Shown here piece after piece: positions 50,950-62,699 of a stretch of 64,000 bases of DNA. Under the pieces are notes generated by a model that worked only from the letters and a program-made list of their open reading frames with translations, made no database searches and had not been told where the DNA came from. The DNA comes from Centroscyllium fabricii (Eukaryota). The position numbers were made by a program, and so were the translations under genes. Within the stretch, counting starts at the first letter, position 1. Each line of letters starts with the position of its first letter. The DNA is taken from contig JBNRSN020000005.1 of assembly GCA_051313645.2 (NCBI GenBank), forward strand, positions 169,322,001 through 169,386,000, read 5' to 3'.

Positions 50950-51684
50950 GTAAGTTTATTTTTTGATATTTGAAATAATATTTTTTCCTTGCTGGCAGTG
51001 CAGCCTGATCCTGTCCAACAAAATCGACATATCCAATGTACACATGCGCACATTTGCAGCAGATAAAAGACAGGAGTAGCAACTGGAGCTGATTTTTAGT
51101 TTTCCACCCATCATTAACCCAGGAATCCATTTACTCTTCCCTTTCATTTTCTCCTTCCCAAAGGGAAAACACGTATATTTAAGACTGGAAAAACTTGGCA
51201 TTTGGGGAAAGCCACATCAAGACTTGAGATTGGAATTTGATTCTCCCGTTCAAGAACCTAAGCATTTTGTATGGGAGTTGTAGTGCTGCCAAAGTACTTT
51301 TATGGCGCACAAGTATTAAGTTATCAACTTTTCAACAAGATTATTACTGCATTTGGTGGTTAAATCAGTATGTTCAGTTTTTTGTTGACTAATTTGAGTG
51401 TAAATGAGACATTATCTTGCTAGATAAAATTGAAATTTATAAAGCACTTTTCACCCCTGGTCGCCTCAAGTATTTAACCAATAAATTACTTTTCTGAAGG
51501 TTAGTCACTGCTTTTGTGTGCGTTTTATGTGTACTTGATGTTTTGTGTACTCTTTTTAAGTCGGCTAATTTTAGAATACTGTGTAATTCTGGAATTTGTT
51601 ATCTAATGACATGTCTTTCAGAAACGGAATTAATTTTATTTCCTCCGTATGTTGCAAGCAAAATCATCGATTTTTCTTCAAGTA

Positions 51685-51947
51685 CAGGTCCGACACCGGA
51701 CCGGTGCCGGACTAGTGAAAAATCTGAACGATTGAAGCTTCGGCGCGCGCCGAAGCATCAATCGTTCAGGGAGAGGCCCGAGCATGCGCAGCCAAGCGTG
51801 GCGGCCATTTTGCGCATGCGTAGCCGAGCACGGTGGCCATTTTGCGCATGCGCAGCCACGCGCGGCGGCCGTTTTGTGCATGCGCAGACCAGTCGGCCGG
51901 ATTCGTTCCGCACGACTGAAGTTTCCGGACTAACGGTGCCGGACCTG
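51685..51947. mobile_element. NRF1-motif MITE copy E (short subfamily, inverted relative to B)
   Basis: TA|CAGGTCCGACACCG ... CGGTGCCGGACCTG|TA. Confidence 0.85.
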
Positions 51948-52293
51948 TACAATCTAAGCCACTAATTCATCAAATTATTTTCAGAATTCTTCAAATTCCT
52001 GTGTTGATGACTAAATTGCTCTCATTATAAACTTGAACTGCTAGACGTGGCTAACAAGTTAAATAGTGTGCCATCAGTGCCAGACATAAAATATTCCTGC
52101 CACCAGTAGCACACTGATATAAAAGAAACACATTTTGTGCTCATCGTACCTAGAACCTGAATATTTGAGGGTCCTAATAAAGTAGGTTGGAGGCACCACA
52201 CATTACTGCCTCTTTCCCATTAGTCCTCGGACAAAGAGGAGAGTTAATTTTTTTTCTTCCAAAGTTAAATACGTAACAATTTTATTTTTCTAG

Positions 52294-52429
52294 GATCAGG
52301 CAGAAGCAGAACAAGTATCCAGTTCTTTTCTTGACCCAAGGCTATTCTAACATCTATCCAGAGCTCATGGATCTCCGATGCCGAACCACACCAATTGCAA
52401 TGAGTTTTGCACAATCTGAAAACATTCTG
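52294..52429 (+). CDS. GPCPD1: GPCPD1 exon (IRQKQNKYPVLFLTQG...TTPIAMSFAQSENIL)
   Basis: ttctag|G...CTG|gtaagt; 136 nt. Confidence 0.95.
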
Positions 52430-52537
52430 GTAAGTACCGGTCCTGTGTGTTTCCATGTACCCAAGCAAGAGTACTGTGTTTAATGTTATGCTTTCAAATA
52501 ATTTCCTTGTTCCACTACTCAAACTTTCTGTTAAAAG

Positions 52538-52698
52538 GGAGTCAACGTTCATACAGAGGACTTGCTGCGAAATCTGGACTATATTCAACAAGCCAAGTCA
52601 AAAGAATTGGTCATTTTTTGCTGGGGCGATGATACCAATGAGTCTGAAAACAGGAGAATACTGAAGCAGAATGGAATTGATGGCCTGATCTACGACAG
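52538..52698 (+). CDS. GPCPD1: GPCPD1 exon (GVNVHTEDLLRN...FCWGDDTNESENRRILKQNGIDGLIYDR)
   Basis: ttaaaag|GGA...ACAG|gtaaga; 161 nt; preceded by a 108-nt intron. Confidence 0.95.
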
Positions 52699-54622
52699 GT
52701 AAGATCAAAGCGGTGACATTGAATTGTACTGAAACATATTGCTGTAAGATGTTAAAATGGATGAATGCTAATCACTGGGAAGAGTAATTCTTTATTGTTT
52801 TATTATGTATTGCCCATCCCTAGTTGGCCTGAGAAGGTGGTGGTGGGCCACTTTCTCAAACAGCTGTTAGTGGTTTGATGCAACAGAGTAGCTTATTATG
52901 CCATTTCAGAGGACAGTTAAGAGTCCACCACGTTGGTGTGGGACTGGAGTCGTATATAGGCCAGACCGGGTAAGTACTTCCTTCCGTAAAGGGTATTAGT
53001 GAACCAGTTGGGTTTTGACCACAATCCAACAGCTTTATGGTCACTGATACCAGATTTTTAAAACTGCATTCAAAGTCTCATTCATTCAGTGTTGAGGTAC
53101 AAATGTGTCTGCAGTGGGGATTCTTCATCTTCAGATTTGGTTTCAGTTTCAATTGGCTGCTAATTTTGTTCTTTAAAATAACATTGTCAAGTGCACAACT
53201 GATCTTCAATATAACAACTTTCTGGATGAGAGCTAACCTCGAAGAAAGCTGCCCATGTAGATCTTGTGATCTCTGTGGCAAGAACTTTACCTTTCTCGAT
53301 GTGCAGTTGATTGTAGCGCTGTGTAATGGGACTCCCCAACCAACAAAAAGCTACAGTTACGTCAACAACCTGTCTAAGCAGCCAGTCACATTGAAGAATT
53401 CTCTGACCTCAAACCAGGAAATGGAAAGTACTGAATTATTTGCATTTACATTATTTTTTTTTGTGAAGTAAAGGTTGGGACATACACTGGGGTTAAAGTA
53501 GAAGCTGGAATATCATGAACAAACTTAAAAAATATATATATGATAGTAAATACTGCCGATGCTGGAAATCCAAAATAACAACAGAAAATGCTGGGAAAAC
53601 TCAGCTTGGTACAACCCGAAACGTTGACTCTATATTTCTCTCCACCGATGCTGCCTGTCCTGCTGAGTTTTTCCAGCATTTTCTGTTTATTATAATAATA
53701 TATATTTTTTTATTATAATAGAGAAATTTGACACTCCTATAAAAATTTGTGTTTCAGGGCCTAAACGGTTGTTTAGCAGTCAATACACGGTTAAAAGCCC
53801 AGTTGCACCTATTCCAACATGGCTTAATTTTTAATGGGGTATTTAACAGCGATATTGGAGCGAACCGCTCAAGTTTCATCCGTTCCACTGATTTTATGGA
53901 TTGCTGGCAGTGGTGGTGGGGGAGAATGGGGCTCCACAGCACAGCCTGTGTCCGAGTAGTGAGTGAATGACCGCAACTTCAGGATTTCTGCATTTACATG
54001 TGCTAAATCCTGAAATTATGGCCAGTTTCAGAGGGTTAATGACGCAAAACGCTGACTGTTAGTCATCATTACCCACTGCAAAATCAAGGCCAATAAAGCC
54101 CTGGAAATGATGCAGAGAACTGCCACGAGACTGAGCCATAACATCGCGATCAACTGAGGAAAAACTCATGTCAGAGAGCATCATTTCTAATGCCCACGAT
54201 AAAATATAGAATATCAGATTATCAAAAATTAGGTATAAAATAAAGGCTATAAAATATGTATTGCCTTCAACTATGTCTAGAATAATGCCCTTAATCTGCA
54301 GCATGCTATTGTACAGAAAAATTTATTAAGGCTCTGCCTGCTGACATTTTGTGGTGCATGTTTGAACACCCAAGATAAAAACCACTTCAAGTACATTATG
54401 TAGTTGTTCACGTGCAATAGTATAAGTTGATCACTACTGGAGGTAATTAAACAAATGACTTAAATTGTGCAAGCAAGATCATCATACTTTCAGCTTTGGC
54501 CCTTACAATTGACATTCCATGATAGCCCAGCACCACTCATTTCTTCAGTTTGAAACCTCAGCGCTCTTCCATCCACTGTTTCTCTGATATAATACAAATA
54601 AGTCTTTGATTTTCTTATGTTG

Positions 54623-54894
54623 CCACTGATTTAGAGTGGTTGTGGCCATCCACTGATTTAGAGTGGTTGTGGCCATCCACTGATTTAGAGTGGTTGTGGC
54701 CATCCACTGATTTAGTGGTTGTGGCCATCCACTGATTTAGAGTGGTTGTGGCCATCCATTGATTTAGAGTGGTTGTGGCCATCCACTGATTTAGAGTGGT
54801 TGTGGCCATCCACTGATTTAGAGTGGTTGTGGCCATCCACTGATTTAGAGTGGTTGTGGCCATCCATTGATTTAGTGGTTGTGGCCATCCATTG
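54623..54894. repeat. 27-bp minisatellite, ~10 units
   Basis: GTTGTGGCCATCCACTGATTTAGAGTG repeated with no spacers; two 25-bp variants. Confidence 0.95.
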
Positions 54895-55820
54895 TTTGAA
54901 TTCTGTCAGCCAGAATATTTTCCATATTGATTTGTCACCTGATCGTGTTGTAGTCTGCTTGCACCCAATCTGTTCCACAAGCAGAACATTTTGTTTATCA
55001 TTTATCTTTAATGCCCATACCTCACTATAAATAGGGCAGTGAGTTATTGAAAAAGCCTCGACTTAAGTTGCACTAATAGCATTTTTGATTTCCAGATATT
55101 ATCAAGCTTTTTCTACTGTCCTCTTGCGACTGAGTGCACCTGAGTCAACACCAATCTGTTTTTAGCTTGTGATTATTTACACTCTTTTTCCAGAGATTCT
55201 GTCAGCCTCCTGCCGAAGTTAAAGCAGGACACGGAGTACCCCTGCAAAATACCCCTGCAAAATATCCAAACCTATCGTTTTTCAGCATTGGCACAGCCTG
55301 AAATTTCTGTTCCCAGCCTTTGCAATAATCTACAGGTCACCATCATCTACAATGTCACATCATCTTCAAATTCAAAATTATAATTTTGTCTACAGAAGTA
55401 ATGACAAGATTGTTGTCCATTCCAAATGCATGACCATCGCATTGAACAACTAAAACAATAGTGAATATCTCACTTGTACCTTGTTTCAAACCAGTCTATG
55501 AACTCACTTTCAGTATTTGAGGTACTTTGTGAAATACTGTAGAATTTTTCAATGAGACAGTCAAGTCTTTCTCAGTTTGGAAGCCCTTATTATAACTAAA
55601 GCTTTTTGTCAAAAGAAGTCAAAGACTTGCTTAAGAAAGTAAGAACATGCATTTATAGAGCCCCATTTATGATCTCGGGACGCCCCAAAGTGTTTCACAG
55701 CCACTGTTGTAATATAGGAAAATATGGCAGCCAATTTGCACATAGTCAATAAAATTGTTCCAAGAATAACTAAATCACAATTTGGGGATATACTTCTGAT
55801 ATTGCTACAAAAATTCTGTT

Positions 55821-55826
<6 letters not shown>

Positions 55827-55858
<32 letters not shown>
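55827..55858. repeat. (TA)n microsatellite
   Basis: Read directly from the sequence. Confidence 0.95.
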
Positions 55859-55862
<4 letters not shown>

Positions 55863-56976
55863 TTTTAAAGGAGCTTAATACTCATGATATTGATTTAGAC
55901 TTTTATCAGGTAATGTCTTTGAACCAAAGCCATGCAGCAAAATAATCAACTAACTTTCAGTTTACTGTATATAGCAGTTGTAGCATTTCTTGCGCTTAGC
56001 CTCCGTGTCGCAAATGTGTCCTTTTTAGATGGAGTTTTGTGAAGCAGCTGGTGGGAGGAGGTTGTTTGAGGGTTTAAGAATGGCTTGCACTGATCACATT
56101 TTGGAGTGTTTTAGCTGATCCAAGAAAATTGACATTAACCAACCAATCACCGGTTAAGACAGGGGTCATGGCTATAAAAGCAAATAGATTCTGTGCAGAT
56201 TTCATCTATTTGTATTGTTTCAAATATATCCTTAATCAGCCTGTAGCTCTGGTTTGTTTATACTTCCAACATCTTGAGATAAAATGAATTGCCCCAGTAA
56301 TTCTTTGACAGTGAGGTATGGGCATTAAATTCCATTGTTGGCATAAATGCTTGGAGGTATGTAAGTTGTGTAGAAGATTTTAGGTTGCATGTTCCTTTTA
56401 AGTTTAACATTGCTATAATAATGTGCCCACAGCAGTACCTTTCCCCTGTTCCTCCTTTTCAATAGTCACTCGGTTTCTTTCTTCTCGCCCAATTTTCACT
56501 TTTGTTGTGTATTTGGGTCCTTTTCCTTTATAAATTGTTCAAACTTTTTTTTTCTAACACTAACCTTTTGCCACTTTCAAAATTACTAACTGCAGAGTGA
56601 GGCAATGAGGTCCTGAAATTATTCAAATACTGATTGTTATGCTGACCATAAAATAAATTGCCAATCTTTTTCGCCAGATTTTATTTTTCGCCACCATTTT
56701 ATCAAATAGTATCTTGGAATCTTTCCACATTACAATGTTTCATAAATATTTTAATTTTGAACTCAACAGCCCTGTTACCTATCTGGCAATATCCTATGTA
56801 CTCTTTATACTGTATGTCCTTTAATTAAATTTTAAAATGCAGTTTAATAGAGTAGGTGCATTGTCATTTTTGTTTAATTATTCGCTGCTGTAAAGTTCCA
56901 CACCAATACCTCCAAAAACTGGCTAGGCTTCATGTGAGCCATGGCAGTGAGTGTTGGTGCGTTATTCAACTGTGGT

Positions 56977-57222
56977 ATAGAAACATAGAAGATAGGAGCA
57001 GGAGTAGGCCATTTGGCCCTTCGAGCCTGCTCTGCCATTCAATGAGATCATGGCTGATCATCCAAACCCAGTACCCTGCCCCTGCCCTCTTCCCCCATAT
57101 CCCCCTCGAGCCTGCACTGACACATATCCCACCCTATCCCCGTAACCCCACATATTCAATCCCCCTAACACTAAGGGTCAATTTATCATGGCCAATCTAC
57201 CTAACCTGCACATCTTTGGACT
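56977..57222 (-). mobile_element. 5'-truncated HE1-like SINE
   Basis: Tail and part of the core as in the other copies. Confidence 0.85.
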
Positions 57223-57561
57223 GATTCCAAGCCTGAACTTGAATCCTCACCAGACATCCACAAAGTCACCTTTCCAGCAGCCATCATGGAATGGTAAGCA
57301 GAGATTGTGGCTTTTTTTTCTTCCTCCCAAGTCCAGTGGCACTAAGGACTGTGGTCAATTGTAGTGCTCACCCTGGCTGAAATCGGCTAACTCAGCATAC
57401 ACTTGCGATTCAAAGTGAAATCTTCCTGATCTTTATTGTTCAGCTACGCGTTCTTGTAACGAGTTGAACCATTATTTTCTAAATTTCAATAATGTTTCAG
57501 CATGTTAGCTAGGAATATTCTAGCATACTGTGAAGTTGTTAAATATGTTTATTTTAAACAG

Positions 57562-57775
57562 GATCTGTGACTTTCTGCTGGGACAGACAAGTATCTTCCA
57601 AGTACAAGAAATAGAGGAACTAAAGCAACAATTATCAGAAGAGGCATTTGTTGACTGCTCATGTCCTGATGTCAACCAATTTGCTTGCCGGTCAACTCCA
57701 ATGGGCAACTTCAGTGGGAGCAGTTATCCAAGTGAAATAAGAAGTTGTGAGCAGGAAACATCGTGCAGAATCTGA
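57562..57775 (+). CDS. GPCPD1: GPCPD1 last coding exon (ICDFLLGQTSIFQVQEIEELKQQL...EQETSCRI*)
   Basis: taaacag|G; IFQV..E.LKQ.L and CSCP motifs; TGA at 57773-57775. Confidence 0.9.
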
Positions 57776-57793
57776 CTGGACAAAGTTGTAGTT

Positions 57794-57844
57794 CATTTTG
57801 ATCCTTCCACAATTTTGATCCTTCCACCATTTTGATCCTTCCAC
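57794..57844. repeat. 17-bp tandem triplication just after the stop codon
   Basis: (attttgatccttccacN)3. Confidence 0.85.
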
Positions 57845-58511
57845 GTTCTAGTGTTACGAAGGGTTTTTTCCCCTCTTGGTCCACAGTGGCATGAACAATA
57901 ATTGAGTTCCTCAATTTTTCATACTCATTTAAAAAAAAAAAAAAAAAATCTTTTGTTACTGTATATACTGTTTCTTTCTTTGGGTTGGGGGGAGTAGCTT
58001 TTTATTTTGTAATACATTTGTGTGCCATTTAAATGTTAAGGTGGATGGGGACATTTGCATAGTGCAGTCACATCAGTGTTTACACTAGGTTTATGCTAGT
58101 ATTCTAACTTCCATAGTTTGTGTATTGATTTCAGATGTATACGAGTACACGCAGTTATAAATTCTCTTTTTTGGGCGGGGGTTGAAACTCACTTGTCATA
58201 GAAGGTAGCTAATGGGAAAGGAAGTGATGTCTGTATTACAATAATCACCAACCAATTGTAATATATAGGTCTGTCTCATAGATGTGATAAATCTATTACT
58301 CCCGTGGCCATAAAGTGTACCTTTTATCTAATGGGTGGTGATTATTTACGGTTTTTCTGACCTTGATCAGAAATATGTAAAGAATTTCTAGATGGAGGCC
58401 AAGTGTTGGCTTGTGTTGGCTGAATTATTTTTGTATGTTAGATATTATTAAAAAAATGCATGGCTGTTCCAGGTCTCCACTTTCCATGCAACAAACCTCT
58501 TAATATATTAA

Positions 58512-59708
58512 GGGGCGGTTTCACAGACAAGGCTTAGATTAAGCCAGGAGTAGGCCTAATTTGGACTAGTTAAACTAGTACATTTAAGTGGCTTGCATGA
58601 ACATGGCTTAAATCTGGCTTAGTTAGTCGGAGACTAGAGTCCTGGAGTAAGCCTAAATGAGAACACCTGGTTCAAGCCTCATTAGGTTAAGTAGGAGCAA
58701 AGGCTGTTGGTGTAATGGCTCTCATAAAAACCCGGAATGGAATTGAAAACACCATTACTGGAGTGAATCTTGAGACCAAACAGTGGCAGAAGCAACAAGA
58801 ACTCGCTCAAAAAACTATAGTGAGTATGAAAAACTCTACTAAAACATACGTCGTGGTACTCCGAGTAAGTCGAGAAATTTTGAGCATGCACAAAATTTCT
58901 CGACTTATCCAGCGTATGACTCACACGTTCGCATACGCTGGCCATAAGTTGTAGGCACGTTAGGCGATCGTTGACACACGTCGACACACGTTACTTGTAA
59001 GTTAGTCATAAGTCAAAATACGTCGAGATAATGTCTAGCGTACCCGAAACTTATTTCTAACCTATGAGTAACGTATCTCCAACGCATATTGACGTATGTA
59101 GACGTATTTGACGTCTTCCGGACGACCACAGAACTTATGCCCCTGTCACACCTTGACGATTTAGCTAGCGTATGCCGACGTATCAAAATTTATCTAAAAC
59201 GTCGGCGATACGCTGCCGCGCGCTATGCATAAGTTAGACTATCGTTGGGCATAAGTTGTGAACGCCGACAACACGCTAAGCATTCGTTGGTATAAGTTAT
59301 CTGTAAGTTATCGATACGTTCTGTGTACGTTACTAATACGTTATGCATACGTCCAACTCGTTATGAATACTCTATTATATGCCCAAAACTGAAAAAAACA
59401 TCGATAGTTCAGCGAACGCCAGCGTTTTAGATAAATTTGCATACGTCGGCATGCGCTAGCTAATTCGTCAAGGTGTGACAGGGCCTTAAGCAGAAGTTAA
59501 ACCTGCCTCTTTGGAGGATTAATTTAAGCTTCAATTTAGTCCCAGAGTAGCTCTGATCCATCCTCTTGCAATCGGCTTTGTTTAATCCAGAACAGGCTAA
59601 ATCTACGACTATTTTAAGATGAGTCTGTGCAAGTGACTTAGAGTTAAGCCAGCTCAAACAGCATTTTAGTCTGGGACTAGGCTTAAGCCTTGTCTGCGAA
59701 ACCGCCCC
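58512..59708. mobile_element. PIF/Harbinger-like non-autonomous element with TAA target-site duplication
   Basis: TAA|GGGGCGGTTTCACAGACAAGGCTTA ... TAAGCCTTGTCTGCGAAACCGCCCC|TAA (25-bp TIR, 1 mismatch). Confidence 0.85.
59139..59485. mobile_element. Nested fold-back MITE with ~75-bp inverted ends
   Basis: GCCCCTGTCACACCTTGACGATTTAGCTAGCGTATGCCGACGTAT... mirrored by ...ATACGTCGGCATGCGCTAGCTAATTCGTCAAGGTGTGACAGGGCC. Confidence 0.8.
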
Positions 59709-60345
59709 TAAATGTTTCTCATTTGAGTGACAAGTGCCAACTATGTTTTTTCACTGTAATAAGTTGGGTAGTTTTGATATTTTATCTCATGGAAAATATC
59801 ATGTTGTATAAATGATCTTATTAATTTTATGGAGGAACAAAATTATGTAATTTATTATATTCTGCATTATTAAAGTATTATGAAAGTACTCTTGTAGTTC
59901 AAACTTTAGTGTCTAAAGAAAATACCAGCTGCAACTTTCATATGCTCTAGGTTTCTAAAGTCTCAATCAAAATTTGTTTCTGTTATACAGACCATAGCTG
60001 ATGGGTACCACTGATCACGCCTTTCACAACTGATGATTGGACTCATTGTACAAATTTGCTATTAAAATACCTAGTTTCTTGGGAATTGAGAGAATTTTGG
60101 GACCGTGTCCATCTTAATTTATACAGTAAAATTGAAAAAAGATATTTAATACTTTGGCATAGAATTGGAACAATCATTCAGCATTAAAATTTGAAGTTCC
60201 ATTTTTGCATAAATGCTAATTTCTGTAGGAAAGAAGTGAAAATCAACACAATACAGTTATATGGACTGGTGCATGCTGCACCTCGTGGTCTCCCCGATAT
60301 GGCACTGCACTACCTTCATTGGGCAAAAATGTTTTGAGTATTCTA

Positions 60346-61145
60346 CAGGTTGAGCACCGGTAATGTGTTAACCGGAAAGCTGGCCGCTTCAGTCGTCGGG
60401 CATAAATTGCCCCGACTGCCCTGCACATGCGCAAAATGGCCGTCGCAATTGATGCTTCGGTGAATTATCTGCGCATGCGTCGCCGAACAGTGAGCGCATG
60501 CGCAGATCATTCTAAACGGCTGCCAGACGTTTTGAATGATCTGCGCATGCATGGCTCCGAGAAGAGCACGGAATGGTAAAGGCAGCGTTGTATTAATGCC
60601 GGGCGGAGAGTTTGAAGAATGAGGAGACGGAGCCGCTTAACTGGCGACCTGGGCTGTAATGGGCTCCTCTGGTGCGCCCTTGAGCCCAGCTTCTCTTTAA
60701 AGGCATCGCGTGGCGCCGCCTGGCTTCAAATGTCCCGGGTCCCCACAAACCCGCCGCAAGCTCTTCCCACCGGGCGCAGCCCCGCCACCCCTTCCCCCTG
60801 GGCGCGGCGGCCAGTTTGCTGCTGTACTTTGTGCCGGGTCTGGGCTTTGCACCAATTCCATGGGCTTCGGCCCCGCTCGGTTAGAAATCTCCGCTCAGAG
60901 TCACGGGGAGAGAGAAAGGAACCGGGAATTTGATTAAAAAGTGGTGTGCCTCATTTTTAATTTTAAACAGTACATGAGTTTTGAATTTTTCAAAACTTTG
61001 GCAGCCATTTCCAATGTTATGCGCATGCGCGTGGCCATTTTGAATGGTGCGCGCATGCGCACTGGCCGACTTCATTCTTACATTTTTTTTGGTATACCGC
61101 CGCAGGCCTAGTCCCGCCCGTGCCGATATAACGGTGCTCAACCTG
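60346..61145. mobile_element. NRF1-motif MITE copy F (800 bp, in the probable 3' UTR)
   Basis: TA|CAGGTTGAGCACCGGTAAT ... ATAACGGTGCTCAACCTG|TA. Confidence 0.88.
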
Positions 61146-62184
61146 TATTGAGTTAAATTGGAATATGTAATTTTGATTTTTTAAATTTCCGCAACATATA
61201 ACATTTTAGAATAAAAGATTATAGATGTGTATTAGATTGTGTTGCAATTTGGGTGAGGGCTCTAATGATACCAACTGCGAACATAACTTGAGCAACTTGA
61301 TAACCTGATTAATTTCCCAAGATTTGGATTGCACTTTAACACCTTTTACACCTAAATGATTTTGACTTTGCTAATGCTTACCGTTGAGTCCGTAGTCACG
61401 TGAGAATGTCTGCACGTGCATGTTTTTTTTATTAGACAGCAGTGTCTCCTTTGGTGTCCCTTCAAGCAGATAAGTGTGAAATTCTATTCCCTTAGTTTAA
61501 ATTTAGGACTTTTACAGCATTTTAACACTGATAAAACAAGTGTATTACAGTAATTCAAACTGCTTATAATTTGAATTGCTGATCTTGTACTGTTGCAATT
61601 AGTTAATTTAAGCACAAGTTATAAGTTAATACTTTTTAATTTGTCTTCAAGTTACTGTAAATATTGGTCAATAATTGTTTTGAAATATGACTTTTGCATC
61701 TCTAGGTTTTCAGCTGGTAAATAATCTACACCTCCCTTCTGTACTGCTTTAGAAGCGGAGTATCTGTTTAATATAAATTTTACTTAGTGTAAACTCTGAA
61801 TTAGATTATTCAATACCTACAGCAATCCTCTTTACTGCAGTTCAAGACAGCACAGCTGTAATTATTTATAGCATGCTTGCAAGTACAGTCGCTATGATGT
61901 AGAAATCTACAAATACTGCAGAAATGAATACTATTTAAAGCTAACTGCTAAATATTTGTTTCAGCAAATATTTGTGTGTAGGTGATCCAACCAATATAGG
62001 TGACCTTGAGTTTTTGCATTGTTTCATTTCAATTGTTTAACCACTATGCATGAAAAGTAGCTTTGGAATCTTATTAAAAGATTGAAACTGCCTCCGTATA
62101 CTCAGGAAATATGTAGTCTGTAGCATGGATTGACTAAATTTTGCTTGTCCTAAGTATTATACTTAAGTATACTTAAGAATGTAA

Positions 62185-62190
62185 AATAAA
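62185..62190 (+). promoter_or_regulatory. Candidate distal polyadenylation signal AATAAA (alternative at 61210..61215)
   Basis: AATAAA followed by a GT-rich tract (tatgctgtgtctt). Confidence 0.45.
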
Positions 62191-62699
62191 ATCATGGTTA
62201 ATTATGCTGTGTCTTAAATGAAGTAGAAAAACTCCATGGTTTGAGTTTCTCTGGTCTCTTGTGCATGCCCCACTACCTTTGCCCGCCATTGGCTACCATT
62301 CCTTTAGCCATCTAGGACCAAAGCTCTGGAATTCTATCCCTAAACCTCTCCACCTCCTTTTAAGATTCCCCTTATAACCTACCTCTTTGACCAAACCTTT
62401 GCTCACCTGTCCTAATTCTATAGTCAATTTTTGTCTTGTGCTCCTGTGAAGCACCCTGGGATGCTCTTACTATGTTACAGGTGTTATATAAATGGATGTT
62501 GTTGGTGGATTCCTGGTGTTTGTCAGCAATGAGGGGAGGGCATGGGAGTGACTGCACTGAGGAAAAGGGCTATCCTAGGTCTGGCGGCACTGGTTTGTAA
62601 CTTCTGCCAACATTAAATTTGGTGTTTCTGATTGATTCTTGAAAGTGTCTTTATCTTCCTATGTGCTTCATAGGTATCAATAATTGGAATGTTTACAAA

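Larger units (their letters stand above)
6011..57775 (+). other. GPCPD1: GPCPD1 (GDE5) gene body, 5'-incomplete, 14 coding exons
   Basis: The spliced translation follows GPCPD1 in order: DSGWLTCQ, QTMEPDNLELIFDFFE, DVGHRGAG, ENTIASF, FVEFDVHLSKD, VYHD, GFNIEVKW, IVFSSF, KQNKYPVLFLT, FCWGDDTN, GLIYDR. All junctions are GT-AG and the phases join; total 1691 nt ending in TGA. Confidence 0.96.
57776..62210 (+). other. Probable 3' UTR of GPCPD1
   Basis: AT-rich stretch after the stop with no LINE/SINE fragments that I could recognise; AATAAA at 61210 and 62185; retroelement fragments resume at ~62245. Confidence 0.5.

Noticed and set aside
54623-54894. CRISPR-like array
   Set aside because: The units are contiguous with no unique spacers, the context is a eukaryotic intron and there are no cas genes; it is a minisatellite.
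57918-57948. Poly(A) tail of a processed copy after the stop codon
   Set aside because: The gene has introns and no AATAAA precedes the run; it is a genomic A-tract and an internal-priming risk.
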